This document shows positions 29,207-38,909 of a DNA stretch of 64,000 nt, one piece after another. Source of the stretch: an uncultured Chloroflexia bacterium (GTDB lineage Bacteria > Chloroflexota > Limnocylindria > Limnocylindrales > CSP1-4); the NCBI GenBank assembly GCA_963704935.1, contig CAVPIF010000003.1, positions 542,024 through 606,023 on the forward strand, in the 5' to 3' direction. Within the stretch, counting starts at the first letter, position 1. Every line of letters starts with the position of its first letter. The notes below the pieces were generated by a model. The model was not told the origin of the DNA, searched no databases, and worked only from the letters and a program-made list of their open reading frames with translations. Position numbers and translations under genes: made by a program.

Positions 29207-29966
29207 GCGCATCGAGGTCGTCGCGATCCCGGGCCTGGGCGAGATCGCCGCGGGTGCCGACCTGCCCGGGCTCATCGCAGGCGCCCTCGGGGCAGCCGCG
29301 GCCGTCCTGCCGCTGCGTGAGGACGATGTCCTCGTCGTCACGCAGAAGATCGTCAGCAAGGCGGAGGGTACTGTCGTCGACCTGACGGCGGTCGAGCCGC
29401 GACCTGAGGCGGTCGCCTTCGCGGAGCGCTGGGATCGCGACGCCCGCCAGGTGGAGATCGTGCTGCGAGAGGCGCGCCGGGTCGTGCGCATGGAGCAGGG
29501 CGTGATCATCACGGAGACGCTCCACGGCTTCGTCTGCGCCAACGGTGGGATCGATGCCTCCAACGTGGGCCCCGGTTCCGGCTCGATCGTGACGCTGTTG
29601 CCAGCCGATCCGGACCGTTCCGCCGACGCGATCCGGGCTGCGGTCCGGGACCACCTGGGCCACGACCTGCCGGTCGTCATCTCGGACAGCTTCGGGCGGC
29701 CCTGGCGCTTCGGCATCGTCGACGTCGCGATCGGCGTATCCGGTCTGCTCCCGCTCGAGGACCTGCGTGGTCGACCCGACGCGGACGGCCGGATCATGCG
29801 CTCGACGGTCCGGGCCGTCGCCGACGAGCTGGCGTCCGCCGCGGAACTCGTACTCGGCAAGGTGGCCGGTCGTCCGATCGCCCTCGTCCGCGGCGCCACG
29901 TTCCAGCGCGGAGACGGTCGGATCTCCGACACGCTCATCCCGGCCTCGATGGATCTCTTCCGCTGA
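29199..29966 (+). CDS. cofE: coenzyme F420-0:L-glutamate ligase (stand-alone CofE, not the FbiB fusion)
   Basis: VVTQKIVSKAEG, ITETLHGFVCANGGIDASN and ISDSFGRPWRFG are CofE motifs. Confidence 0.85.
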   Translation: MAERIEVVAIPGLGEIAAGADLPGLIAGALGAAAAVLPLREDDVLVVTQKIVSKAEGTVVDLTAVEPRPEAVAFAERWDRDARQVEIVLREARRVVRMEQGVIITETLHGFVCANGGIDASNVGPGSGSIVTLLPADPDRSADAIRAAVRDHLGHDLPVVISDSFGRPWRFGIVDVAIGVSGLLPLEDLRGRPDADGRIMRSTVRAVADELASAAELVLGKVAGRPIALVRGATFQRGDGRISDTLIPASMDLFR

Positions 29967-30863
29967 TGAAGGTCGGCCTGCAGATCCGCTCGTTCACCTG
30001 GCCGGGCGGCCCCGAGTCCATCGGGCCGACCCTGGCACGGATCGTCCGGGACGCTGATGACGCGGGCTTCGACTCGATCTGGGTGATGGACCACTTCTTC
30101 CAGATCCGCGGCGTCGGACGTCCCGACGAACCGATGCTGGAGGGTTGGACCACCCTCGGGTTCATGGCCGCCCACTCCCGGCGGGCCCGGCTCGGCCTGA
30201 TGGTCGGGGGGATCCACTACCGGGCGCCGGGCCTCTGGATCAAGGCCGCGACCACCCTCGACGTGCTGTCCGGCGGCCGGGCCTGGCTGGGCATCGGCGC
30301 CGCGTGGAACGAGGACGAATCGCGGGCCCTCGGGTTTCCCTTCCCGCCGCTCGGCGACCGGTTCGACATGCTGGAGGACACGCTCGCGATGGCCCACGGG
30401 ATGTGGACCGGGGACCGGGGCACGGAGGCAGCGTTCGACGGCCGGCACACGCAGGCGACGCGGCTGTTGAACTCCCCGCAGTCGCTCTCGCGGCCGCGCG
30501 TCCCGATCATGGTCGGTGGCGGCGGCGAGAAGCGAACGCTGCGCCTCGTGGCGCAGTACGCCGACGCCTGCAACGTATTCGGCCAGCCGGAGGCGATCGC
30601 GCGCAAGTACGCGATCCTGGCCGACCACTGTGCCGCCATCGGGCGCGACCCGGATGAGATCGAGCGCTCCACGCTCCAGCACGTCGACGTCAGCGCGGAC
30701 GGAGCGCATGGGACGCAGACGGCGGCCCAGGTCGTGGACCGTTTCGGGGGCTCTCAGACGCGGGTGCCCAGCACGTGATCTTCGGGGTCGCCGGGATCCA
30801 CGACCCGGCCAAGATCGACCTCCTGGCGCGCGACGTGATCCCGGCCCTCCACGCCCTGCCCTG
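29966..30863 (+). pseudogene. LLM-class F420-dependent oxidoreductase with a -1 frameshift near 30745 in a G5 run
   Basis: Frame A ends VVDRFGGSQTRVPST* at 30778. The next frame continues with the conserved LLM C-terminus GLSDAGAQHVIFGVAGIHDP ... ARDVIPALHALP* to 30863, so one base is missing in ttcGGGGGctc. Confidence 0.6.
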
Positions 30864-30919
30864 ACGCCCGCGACGGTCGCGGCTTCCATACTCCCAGGGG
30901 GTATCGCAAACATGATACG

Positions 30920-32014
30920 ATGGGCACCATGAACGACGAGACCGACGGCTCGACCCCGAGCGATCCATTCGGTGGGTTCTCGATCTCGATGATCGACAGT
31001 CCGACCGATTCGGCTGCCGTCATCGCCACCCGCGGCCCGACGACGGTGGCCTCCGGCGAGGGCCGGGTGGACGCCAAGGTCGTGATCATCGGCTCGGGCC
31101 CGGCCGGGCTCACGGCGGCGATCTACGCGGCCCGCGCCAACCTGGAGCCGGTCGTGCTCGCTGGTTCGGCCCCGGGTGGCCAGCTGATGCTGACGAGCGA
31201 CGTCGAGAACTACCCGGGGTTCCCGGACGGCGTCCAGGGGCCGGATCTGATGGCCGCCATGCGCGCCCAGGCGGAGCGGTTCGGTTCCCGGCTCGTCGAC
31301 GTCGACATCGAGCGCGTCGACTTCTCCGAGCGGCCCTTCCGGATCTGGGCGCGCGGCACGGAATATCGGGCGCAGGCAGTGATCGTGGCCACTGGTGCAT
31401 CGGCGCTGTGGCTCGGGCTCGACTCGGAGACGCGACTGCGTGGCCGGGGAGTGTCCGCGTGCGCGACCTGCGACGGATTCTTCTTCAAGGACCGCGAGAT
31501 CGCGGTCGTCGGCGGCGGCGATACCGCGTTCGAAGAGGCGACCTACCTGACCCGGTTCGCGACCAAGGTCCACCTGCTGCACCGCCGCGACACGTTCCGG
31601 GCGAGCAAGATCATGGTCGACCGCGCGATCGACCACCCGAAGATCGACGTCCATCCGAACACCGCCGTCGACGAGGTCCTCGGCGACAGCAAGGTGGAGG
31701 GCCTCAGGCTGCGCGATACCGTGACCGGCGACGTCAGCGAGATGCCGATCGACGGCCTGTTCATCGCGATCGGCTACGAGCCCAACACCGCGGCGTTCCG
31801 CGACTGGCTGGACGTGGACGAGAAGGGCTACCTCGTGGTCCACGACGAGACCGGATCAAGGGTCGACGGCGTGTTCGTCGCCGGGGACGTCCACGATCAC
31901 CGCTACCGTCAGGCCGTGACGGCAGCGGGCGACGGCTGCAAGGCCGCCATCGACGCCGAGCGCTGGCTCGAGGCCCAGGGCATCACCGAAGCCGCGACCG
32001 CGACCGCCTGGTGA
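30920..32014 (+). CDS. trxB: thioredoxin-disulfide reductase
   Basis: VVIIGSGPAG, redox-active CATCDG and GGGDTAFEEA. The roughly 45-aa N-terminal extension may not be translated, since later in-frame GTG codons exist. Confidence 0.9.
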   Translation: MGTMNDETDGSTPSDPFGGFSISMIDSPTDSAAVIATRGPTTVASGEGRVDAKVVIIGSGPAGLTAAIYAARANLEPVVLAGSAPGGQLMLTSDVENYPGFPDGVQGPDLMAAMRAQAERFGSRLVDVDIERVDFSERPFRIWARGTEYRAQAVIVATGASALWLGLDSETRLRGRGVSACATCDGFFFKDREIAVVGGGDTAFEEATYLTRFATKVHLLHRRDTFRASKIMVDRAIDHPKIDVHPNTAVDEVLGDSKVEGLRLRDTVTGDVSEMPIDGLFIAIGYEPNTAAFRDWLDVDEKGYLVVHDETGSRVDGVFVAGDVHDHRYRQAVTAAGDGCKAAIDAERWLEAQGITEAATATAW

Positions 32015-34125
32015 CCTTTCCCAGGGGGAGAACCCGCGCGGCCACCGGTGGCGCCGGGCGTGGCGGCCGTAGCACCGGCGGTGGTGGCGGTGGTGGTGGC
32101 CATGGCGGCTTCTTCGGTGGTGGGCCATCGCGCGATTTCACGCCGGTGCCCAGGGAGCGCCGCGGACCGACCGTCCGGCGGATCGTCGCGTTCTTCGGAC
32201 CCTATCGCGCCCAGGTCGGGGTCGTCCTCGTCGCCATCCTCGCGACCAGCCTGATCGGCCTCGCCAACCCGTACCTGCTGAAGCTCCTCATCGACGAGGC
32301 GATCCCGGAACGGGACTTCTTCAAGCTCAACCTGTTCGTGGGCCTGATGGTCGGGCTGCCGATCCTGACCGGGCTGATCGGCATCGGCCAGACCTACCTC
32401 AACAACGTCATCGGCCAGAACGTCATGCAGGACCTGCGGGCGGCGCTCTACGCGCACCTGCAGTCGATGCCGTTGCGCTTCTTCACGGAGACCCGCACCG
32501 GCGAGATCCAGAGCCGCCTGGCGAACGACGTGGGCGGCATCCAATCGGTCGTGACCGACACGGCCAGCAGCGTCACCGCCAACATCGCCATCGCGCTGAG
32601 CACGATCGTCGCGATGTGGCTGATCGACTACCGGCTGACCCTCCTGTCGCTGGGGCTCCTCCCGTTCTTCATGGTCCTGACCGTCCGCGTGGGGAAGATC
32701 CGGCGCGAGGTCAGCACGGAGACCCAGGAATCGCTGGCCGAGATGAGCGCCCTCACGGAGGAGACGCTCAGCGTCAGCGGGATCCTGCTGTCCAAGACGT
32801 TCGGCCAGCAGGCGGCGTCCGTGCGCCGGTTCCGCGGCATCAACGCCGATCTCGCCCGGCTCCAGATCCGGCAGGCGATGGTCGGCCGCTGGTTCTTCAT
32901 GATCATCGGGACGATCTTCAGCATCACCCCGGGGTTCGTGTACTGGCTCGCCGGCTGGCTGACCATCCAGGGGGACACGACCGCCCCGACCATCGGCGAC
33001 ATCGTGGCATTCACCACGCTCCAGAGCCGGCTCTTCTTCCCGCTCGGCCAGCTGCTGAACGTCCAGGTGGAGATCCAGGGCGCGCTGGCCCTGTTCGACC
33101 GGATCTTCGAGTACCTCGAGATGGACCCGGAGATCGTCGATGCGCCGGACGCGGTGACGATCAGCCATGACGACGTGCGCGGCAAGGTCCGGTTCCGCGG
33201 CGTGTCGTTCCGCTACCCGACGGTTGCCGTGCCGTCGGCACGCGCCCACGATGCGCTGGCGCAGGCTCGTGAGCGACTGGGGCCGGAGGAGGCCGCTGCG
33301 GCCGCTGCTGCGGCCGACGTCGACGAGCCGGCGGTCGAGGCCCTCGTGGACCGGCCCACCGGTGGTCCCCGCGAGGCGGATGCCCCACCGCTGGAAGTGC
33401 TCCCCGCGTTCGGGCTGGAGGGAATCGACTTCGAGGCGCAGCCCGGGGAGCTCGTGGCGCTCGTCGGGCCGTCCGGCAGCGGCAAGACGACGACGACCTA
33501 CCTGATCCCGCGGCTGTACGACGTCGACACGGGCTCGGTCGAGATCGACGGTCTCGATGTGCGCCGGATCCGCCTCGCGTCGCTCGGCGAGGTGATCGGC
33601 GTCGTCACCCAGGAGACCTATCTGTTCCACGCGTCCGTCCGCGAGAACCTGCGCTATGCCCGGCCGGAGGCGACGGACGCCGAACTGGAATCGGCAACCC
33701 GGGCGGCGGCGATCCACGACCGGATCGCGGAACTCCCCGACGGCCTCGACACGATGGTCGGAGAGCGCGGGTACAAGCTGTCGGGCGGCGAGAAGCAGCG
33801 CATCGCCATCGCCAGGGTCCTGCTCAAGGACCCGCGCATCCTCATCCTCGACGAGGCGACGTCGGCGCTCGATACGGTCTCCGAGCGCCTGATCCAGGCC
33901 GCCTTCGAACGACTGATGGAGGGCCGGACGACGATCGCCATCGCGCACCGGTTGTCGACCATCCTGCGGGCGGACCGGATCCTCGTCTACGACCGCGGGC
34001 GGATCGTGGAGCAGGGCACGCACGCGGAGCTGCTGGCGGTCGGCGGCCTGTACGCGCGGCTCTACCGGGAGCAGTTCCTCGCCGAGCACGCACCGACCGG
34101 ACCCGAGCCCGTCATGGCCGACTGA
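32011..34125 (+). CDS. ABC transporter, fused permease/ATPase exporter (MsbA-like), Gly-rich N-terminus
   Basis: Six-TM domain (RRIVAFFGPYRAQ ... LLIDEAI). Walker A GPSGSGKTT, signature LSGGEKQRIAIARVLL, Walker B ILILDEATSALD. Start is either GTG 32011 overlapping the trxB stop, or GTG 32146. Confidence 0.8.
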   Translation: MTFPRGRTRAATGGAGRGGRSTGGGGGGGGHGGFFGGGPSRDFTPVPRERRGPTVRRIVAFFGPYRAQVGVVLVAILATSLIGLANPYLLKLLIDEAIPERDFFKLNLFVGLMVGLPILTGLIGIGQTYLNNVIGQNVMQDLRAALYAHLQSMPLRFFTETRTGEIQSRLANDVGGIQSVVTDTASSVTANIAIALSTIVAMWLIDYRLTLLSLGLLPFFMVLTVRVGKIRREVSTETQESLAEMSALTEETLSVSGILLSKTFGQQAASVRRFRGINADLARLQIRQAMVGRWFFMIIGTIFSITPGFVYWLAGWLTIQGDTTAPTIGDIVAFTTLQSRLFFPLGQLLNVQVEIQGALALFDRIFEYLEMDPEIVDAPDAVTISHDDVRGKVRFRGVSFRYPTVAVPSARAHDALAQARERLGPEEAAAAAAAADVDEPAVEALVDRPTGGPREADAPPLEVLPAFGLEGIDFEAQPGELVALVGPSGSGKTTTTYLIPRLYDVDTGSVEIDGLDVRRIRLASLGEVIGVVTQETYLFHASVRENLRYARPEATDAELESATRAAAIHDRIAELPDGLDTMVGERGYKLSGGEKQRIAIARVLLKDPRILILDEATSALDTVSERLIQAAFERLMEGRTTIAIAHRLSTILRADRILVYDRGRIVEQGTHAELLAVGGLYARLYREQFLAEHAPTGPEPVMAD

Positions 34126-34127
34126 CG

Positions 34128-34619
34128 ATGCCGACCCACAAGGCGGTTCGCGTGGAGCATCGCGGCAGGATGCGATTCCATGCGCTGCCATCGTCCGGTC
34201 ACCCGATCGACTTCGACGACCGCGAGTCGGATACCGGCGGCAGCCCGGTCGAGACCATCCTGGCCGCCCTGGCGGCCTGTTCGGCGATGGACGTCATCTC
34301 GATCGCCACGAAGAAGCGACAGGCGATCGCGTCCTACGTGATCGAGGTCGAGGGCAGCCAGCGCGACGAGTACCCACAGGTCTTCACCGATATCACCGTC
34401 GTCCACGTCGTCGAGGGGTCCGGGCTGACGGAGGCCGCCATCCGGCGCGCGATCGAGCTGTCAGCGACCAAGTACTGCCCGGTCAACGCGATGGTCTCCG
34501 CCGGCCCGACCGTGGTCCACCACCGCTATCGGATCCGGTCCGGCGGCGACCGGCCGTACGAGGCCGAGGGCGAGGTCATCGCGACGGGACCCTACCAGCG
34601 GGCCGACGTCATCGGCTAG
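34128..34619 (+). CDS. OsmC/Ohr-family peroxiredoxin
   Basis: ILAALAACSAMDV and ATKYCPV contain the two conserved Cys. Confidence 0.8.
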   Translation: MPTHKAVRVEHRGRMRFHALPSSGHPIDFDDRESDTGGSPVETILAALAACSAMDVISIATKKRQAIASYVIEVEGSQRDEYPQVFTDITVVHVVEGSGLTEAAIRRAIELSATKYCPVNAMVSAGPTVVHHRYRIRSGGDRPYEAEGEVIATGPYQRADVIG

Positions 34620-34924
34620 CGGATGGGGCTCGACGCGGCCGCCCACCGGCGGCCGAGGCCCGATGGGATCTCGCACCACCGCCACGCGCCTCAAGTGACG
34701 AACCATCGCAGCCCGCCAGCCGGGCAGCGGCGGTTCTGAAGAACGACGGCTCACCTCGGGCAGGCCAGCGAGCCATTCCAGCCGCTGGGCGGAGGATCCG
34801 GCGGGCGACCCAGGTTCCCGCGGGCCTGCTTCGCCAGTTGCGTCGCCGAGCGGTGGTTCGGAGGGGAGCCACCGGGCCGCAGCGGGTCGGGCTCGTACGC
34901 AGGGACCATACGCCCATACGAGAG

Positions 34925-34962
34925 CGTTGCATGACTATGCAGATTGGCTGTATAGTCATACG
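34925..34962. promoter_or_regulatory. ARG-box-like operator: TTGCATGACTATGCAG, spacer ATTGG, CTGTATAGTCAT (12-bp inverted repeat, 1 mismatch) flanked by CATACGCCCAT direct repeats
   Basis: Read directly. Sits in a roughly 50% GC patch about 90 nt upstream of argC. TGCAT and ATGCA half-sites resemble Gram-positive ARG boxes, and ArgR is encoded in the operon. Confidence 0.45.
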
Positions 34963-35051
34963 CCCATGACGGTCGTCCATCCGATCCCGGCGAGCCACTC
35001 GACTCAGCCTCCCGCGAGAGGCCGCGTGCCCTCGGGCACGCCGACGCGCCG

Positions 35052-36215
35052 GTGAGCGCGGGTCTCGGGTCGCCCGCGGCGATCGTGACGGACGTGCCGT
35101 CGGGGATCCTCCCCCGATCCCTCCGCGGCGTACCGGTCGACGGATCGGACGGTCCGCGCCGGATCCGGGTCGGGATCGTGGGCGCCACGGGATATGTCGG
35201 GGCGGAACTGATCCGCCTGCTGTCACGCCACCCGAACGTGGAGATCGTCGGGCTCGCGGGCCGTGATCGCCAGGACGAGCCGATCGGCGGGCACCATCCA
35301 CACCTGACGGCGACGGCCTTGACCGTCGGGACGGAATTGCCCCCGGCCGATGCGGTCTTCCTGGCCCTCCCGCACGGCGCCGCGGCGCGGCTCGTGCCGG
35401 ACCTGATCGCCAGCGGGACCGCCATCATCGACCTGGGGCCGGATTTCCGGCTGCGCGACCCGGGCGACTACCCGCGCTGGTACGGCTTCGAGCATCCCCG
35501 CCCGGACCTGTTGGAGCAGGCGGTGTACGGGCTCCCGGAACTCCATCGTTCCGAGCTGATCGCCCTTGTCGACGCGCCGGTCGCGATCGTCGGGTCACCC
35601 GGCTGCTACCCGACCGCGACGCTCCTCGCCCTCGCCCCGCTCGCGCGGGCCGGACTCATCGAGGATCTCGTGGTCGACGCGAAGTCCGGGGTGTCCGGGG
35701 CCGGCCGCGAGGCCAAGGTCGACCTCATGTACGGCGAGGTCAACGAGAGCGTGAAGGCGTACGGCCTCGGCGGCCATCGACACGTGGCCGAGATCGAGCA
35801 GGAGCTCGCGACCGTCGCCGCGATGGAAGGCCTGGACCCGGGGGCGAATCCGGGGGCGATCGGGGTCGACTTCCTGCCCCACCTGGTCCCGATGACGCGG
35901 GGGATCCTGTCCACCAGCCACGTCCGCCCGGGTCGCCCGATCACCCAGGCGGAGCTCGACGTGCTGTACGCCGCCGCCTACGACGACGAGCCATTCGTCC
36001 GCGTGGTGTCGACGCCCCCGGCGACGAAGCACACCACCGGCAGCAACCAGGTGCTCGTCCACGTCCGGCTCGACGAGCGGATCCGTCGGATCATCGCCAT
36101 CGGTGTGGAGGACAACCTCGTCAAGGGCGCGGCCGGGCAGGCGATCCAGTCGTTCAACCTGGTCCACGGCCTGCCCGAGGCGGCCGGCCTGGCCCAGCTC
36201 CCCCTGGCGCCCTGA
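35052..36215 (+). CDS. argC: N-acetyl-gamma-glutamyl-phosphate reductase
   Basis: RVGIVGATGYVGAELIRLL, GSPGCYPTA with the active-site Cys, SGVSGAG. The roughly 35-aa N-terminal extension suggests a later true start. Confidence 0.9.
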   Translation: MSAGLGSPAAIVTDVPSGILPRSLRGVPVDGSDGPRRIRVGIVGATGYVGAELIRLLSRHPNVEIVGLAGRDRQDEPIGGHHPHLTATALTVGTELPPADAVFLALPHGAAARLVPDLIASGTAIIDLGPDFRLRDPGDYPRWYGFEHPRPDLLEQAVYGLPELHRSELIALVDAPVAIVGSPGCYPTATLLALAPLARAGLIEDLVVDAKSGVSGAGREAKVDLMYGEVNESVKAYGLGGHRHVAEIEQELATVAAMEGLDPGANPGAIGVDFLPHLVPMTRGILSTSHVRPGRPITQAELDVLYAAAYDDEPFVRVVSTPPATKHTTGSNQVLVHVRLDERIRRIIAIGVEDNLVKGAAGQAIQSFNLVHGLPEAAGLAQLPLAP

Positions 36216-37594
36216 TGACCGCGACGCTCCCAGGGACGCACCAGCCCGCCGCGGCCCGGGACCTCCCGGAAGTGACGCGGGTGGCCAGCCTCCCTGCCGG
36301 TTTCCGGGCCGGTGGCCTGGCCGCCGGGATCAAGGCCTCCGGCCGCCCGGACCTGGGCCTGGTCGTGACGACGGGCGGACCGGCGGCGGCAGCGGCGGTA
36401 TTCACCCCGAACGCGTTCGCGGCCGCGCCCGTGCGCCAGTCGCGGGCCAACCTCGCGGCCACGTCCGGCGATGCCCGCGGCGGCTTCGGTTGGGCCCGCG
36501 CCGTCGTGTCCACCAGCGGCAGCGCGAACGCGGCGACCGGGCCCGCCGGCGACGCCGACCAGGCGACGATCGGACGCCTCGTGGCCGAAGCCGTCGGCAT
36601 CGAGGAGACACACGTCCTGCATTTCTCCACCGGGATCATCGGGACGCGGCTGCCGCTGGCCCTCGTGGAGGACGGCCTGGCCGCCCTCGTCCCGCAGCTG
36701 TCGGTCGAGGACGCCGGCCTGGAGGCGGTCGCCGTCGCCCTGCGTACGACCGATTCGGTGACGAAGCTCGCGACGGTCACGCTGGGGCTACCCGGGCCGG
36801 ACGGGACGACCGTGCCGATCACGGTCAGCGGGATCGCCAAGGGCGTCGGGATGATCCACCCGACGATGGCTACGATGCTCTCCGTCGTGCTCACCGATGC
36901 CGCGCTGCCGCCGCCGCTGCTGTGGCGGATGCTGCGGTCCGCCGCCGCGAGGACCTGGGATCAGCTGTCCGTCGACGGCGACACCAGCACGAATGACTCG
37001 GTCTTCGCCCTCGCTTCCGGCGCTGGCGGCGCCGTGCCGCTCGTGGAGGACTCGCCGGCCGCGACGGCGCTCGGGGCCGCCATCGAGGCGGTGGCCCGCG
37101 ACCTGGCCCGCCAGCAAGCCGCCGACGGTGAGGGCGCCACGATCCTCGTGACGGCGACCGTCACGGGGGCCCGCGACGATGCCTCCGCCCGGGCCGTCGC
37201 CCGCGCGGTGATCAGCAGCAGTCTGGTCAAGGCGGCGGCGCACGGTAAGGATCCGAACTGGGGCCGGATCGCGGGCGCCGCGGGCAACGCCACGCTGGCC
37301 CGCACGGCGGTCCTGGAGGCGGCCGGGCTCGCGGAAGACGAGGCCGCCCATCGGGGAGGACGGCCGGTCGTCCTGGCCCCGGAGCTGCTGCGCATCTCGA
37401 TCGCCGGCCACCTCGTGTTCGACGGCCCCCAGGGGGGCCCGGTGGCGTTCGATCGCGCCGCCGCCCGCGCGGCGATGTTCGCCCCGGAACTGGAGATCGA
37501 GCTGGACCTCGGGCAGGGCGCGGGCAGCGGCGAGGCATTCGGTTGCGATCTGACGGAGACCTACGTCATCGAGAACAGCGAGTACACGACCTGA
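36215..37594 (+). CDS. argJ: bifunctional glutamate N-acetyltransferase / amino-acid acetyltransferase
   Basis: Autoproteolysis motif GMIHPTMATML (ATML). Long N-terminal extension. ATGA overlap with argC. Confidence 0.9.
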   Translation: MTATLPGTHQPAAARDLPEVTRVASLPAGFRAGGLAAGIKASGRPDLGLVVTTGGPAAAAAVFTPNAFAAAPVRQSRANLAATSGDARGGFGWARAVVSTSGSANAATGPAGDADQATIGRLVAEAVGIEETHVLHFSTGIIGTRLPLALVEDGLAALVPQLSVEDAGLEAVAVALRTTDSVTKLATVTLGLPGPDGTTVPITVSGIAKGVGMIHPTMATMLSVVLTDAALPPPLLWRMLRSAAARTWDQLSVDGDTSTNDSVFALASGAGGAVPLVEDSPAATALGAAIEAVARDLARQQAADGEGATILVTATVTGARDDASARAVARAVISSSLVKAAAHGKDPNWGRIAGAAGNATLARTAVLEAAGLAEDEAAHRGGRPVVLAPELLRISIAGHLVFDGPQGGPVAFDRAAARAAMFAPELEIELDLGQGAGSGEAFGCDLTETYVIENSEYTT

Positions 37595-38382
37595 TGTCCG
37601 AGATCCTCGTCGTCAAGCTCGGCGGCACGACCATCGCCGAGCAATCGCAGGTCCTGGCGGACGTGGCCGCCGTCGCCCGGCGTCGACCCGTCGTGCTCGT
37701 CCACGGCGGCGGCAAGCGGATCACCGAGTGGCTGGAGCGCCTGGGCGTCCCGAGCAAGTTCGAGGGCGGCCTGCGGGTGACCGATGCCCAGAGCCTGGAG
37801 GTCGCCGCGGCGGTCCTGCGCGGGGTCGTCAACAGCGAACTGGTGGCCGGGCTGCGCGACCTCGGCGTCGATGCCGTGGGGCTGTCCGGCGTCGATGGCG
37901 GCCTGCTCCTCGCCGAACGGATCCCGCACCTGGGGCTCGTCGCCAGCGTGGTCGGCCTGCGGCGTGACCTCCTCGACGCCATCCTCGTCGGTGGACAGGT
38001 GCCGGTCGTGGCACCGCTCGCCCGCGACGCCGACGGCATCGTCTGCAACGTCAACGCCGACGACGCCGCCGCGGGCATCGCCGCCGGGCTCGGGGCCCGC
38101 CAGCTGGTCCTGATGACGGACGTCGACGGTGTGCGCGACGCCGATGGCCACAAGCTCGACTCGCTCACGGTCGCCGAGGCGGAGCAGCTGATCGAGACCG
38201 GCGTCATCGGGGGCGGCATGGTCCCCAAGGTCCGCGCCGCACTGTCCGCCCTGGGCTGGGAGGGTGCCGCGGCGATCATCGCCGACTCGTCCGCGGATCA
38301 CGCCCTGGAGCGAGCCCTCAGCGACCCGACCTTCGGAACGCGGATCACGGCCGTGCGCCCGGCGCGCGTCGGGGCCGCGTGA
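37594..38382 (+). CDS. argB: acetylglutamate kinase
   Basis: ILVVKLGG, VLVHGGG, CNVNADDAA. ATGA overlap with argJ. Confidence 0.9.
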   Translation: MSEILVVKLGGTTIAEQSQVLADVAAVARRRPVVLVHGGGKRITEWLERLGVPSKFEGGLRVTDAQSLEVAAAVLRGVVNSELVAGLRDLGVDAVGLSGVDGGLLLAERIPHLGLVASVVGLRRDLLDAILVGGQVPVVAPLARDADGIVCNVNADDAAAGIAAGLGARQLVLMTDVDGVRDADGHKLDSLTVAEAEQLIETGVIGGGMVPKVRAALSALGWEGAAAIIADSSADHALERALSDPTFGTRITAVRPARVGAA

Positions 38383-38909
38383 CGAGGGGCGCCGCGATGG
38401 CCGTCACGCCCAGCCAGGAATTGAAGCGGCTCCGCCAGCGCGCGATCCGTCAGCTGGTCGGATCGCGACCGGTCGGCAGTCAGCGCGAACTGGTCAGCGC
38501 CCTGACCGAGCAGGGGTTCGATGTCACCCAGGCGACCGTCAGCCGCGATATCAGCGAACTCGGGTTGCTGAAAGCGTCCGGGGTGGATGGCCACGTGTAC
38601 ATCGCCGCAGAGGACGTGGCAGTCGCCCCCGCGCCGCGGCCGGCATCCGACGAGCGGCTGCGGCGGATCCTTGCCGACGTCCCGATCACGATCGGTCGGA
38701 GCGGGTTGATCCTGGTCCTCACCGGCACGCCGGGTACCGCCAGCGTCGTCGCCCAGGCGATCGACGAATCCAGCCTGCGCGAGCAGGAGGGGACCCTGGC
38801 GGGCGACAATACGCTCCTCGTCCTCTTCGCCGATGCATCGCGACTCGAGCGCTGGCTCGAACGCTTCCAGGCACTCCAACGCTCGATCCCGGAGGTCCCC
38901 GTCTCGTGA
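38379..38909 (+). CDS. argR: arginine repressor
   Basis: Winged HTH DVTQATVSRDISELG. C-terminal TLAGDNTLLV is the GDDT-type arginine-binding motif. Start is GTG 38379 or ATG 38397. Confidence 0.85.
   Translation: MTRGAAMAVTPSQELKRLRQRAIRQLVGSRPVGSQRELVSALTEQGFDVTQATVSRDISELGLLKASGVDGHVYIAAEDVAVAPAPRPASDERLRRILADVPITIGRSGLILVLTGTPGTASVVAQAIDESSLREQEGTLAGDNTLLVLFADASRLERWLERFQALQRSIPEVPVS

Noticed and set aside
28376-31843. 1155-aa minus-strand ORF
   Set aside because: Antisense to cofD-cofC-cofE-LLM-trxB, all of which have strong family motifs on the plus strand.
31909-34191. 760-aa minus-strand ORF
   Set aside because: Antisense to the ABC exporter, which has Walker A, Walker B and signature motifs.
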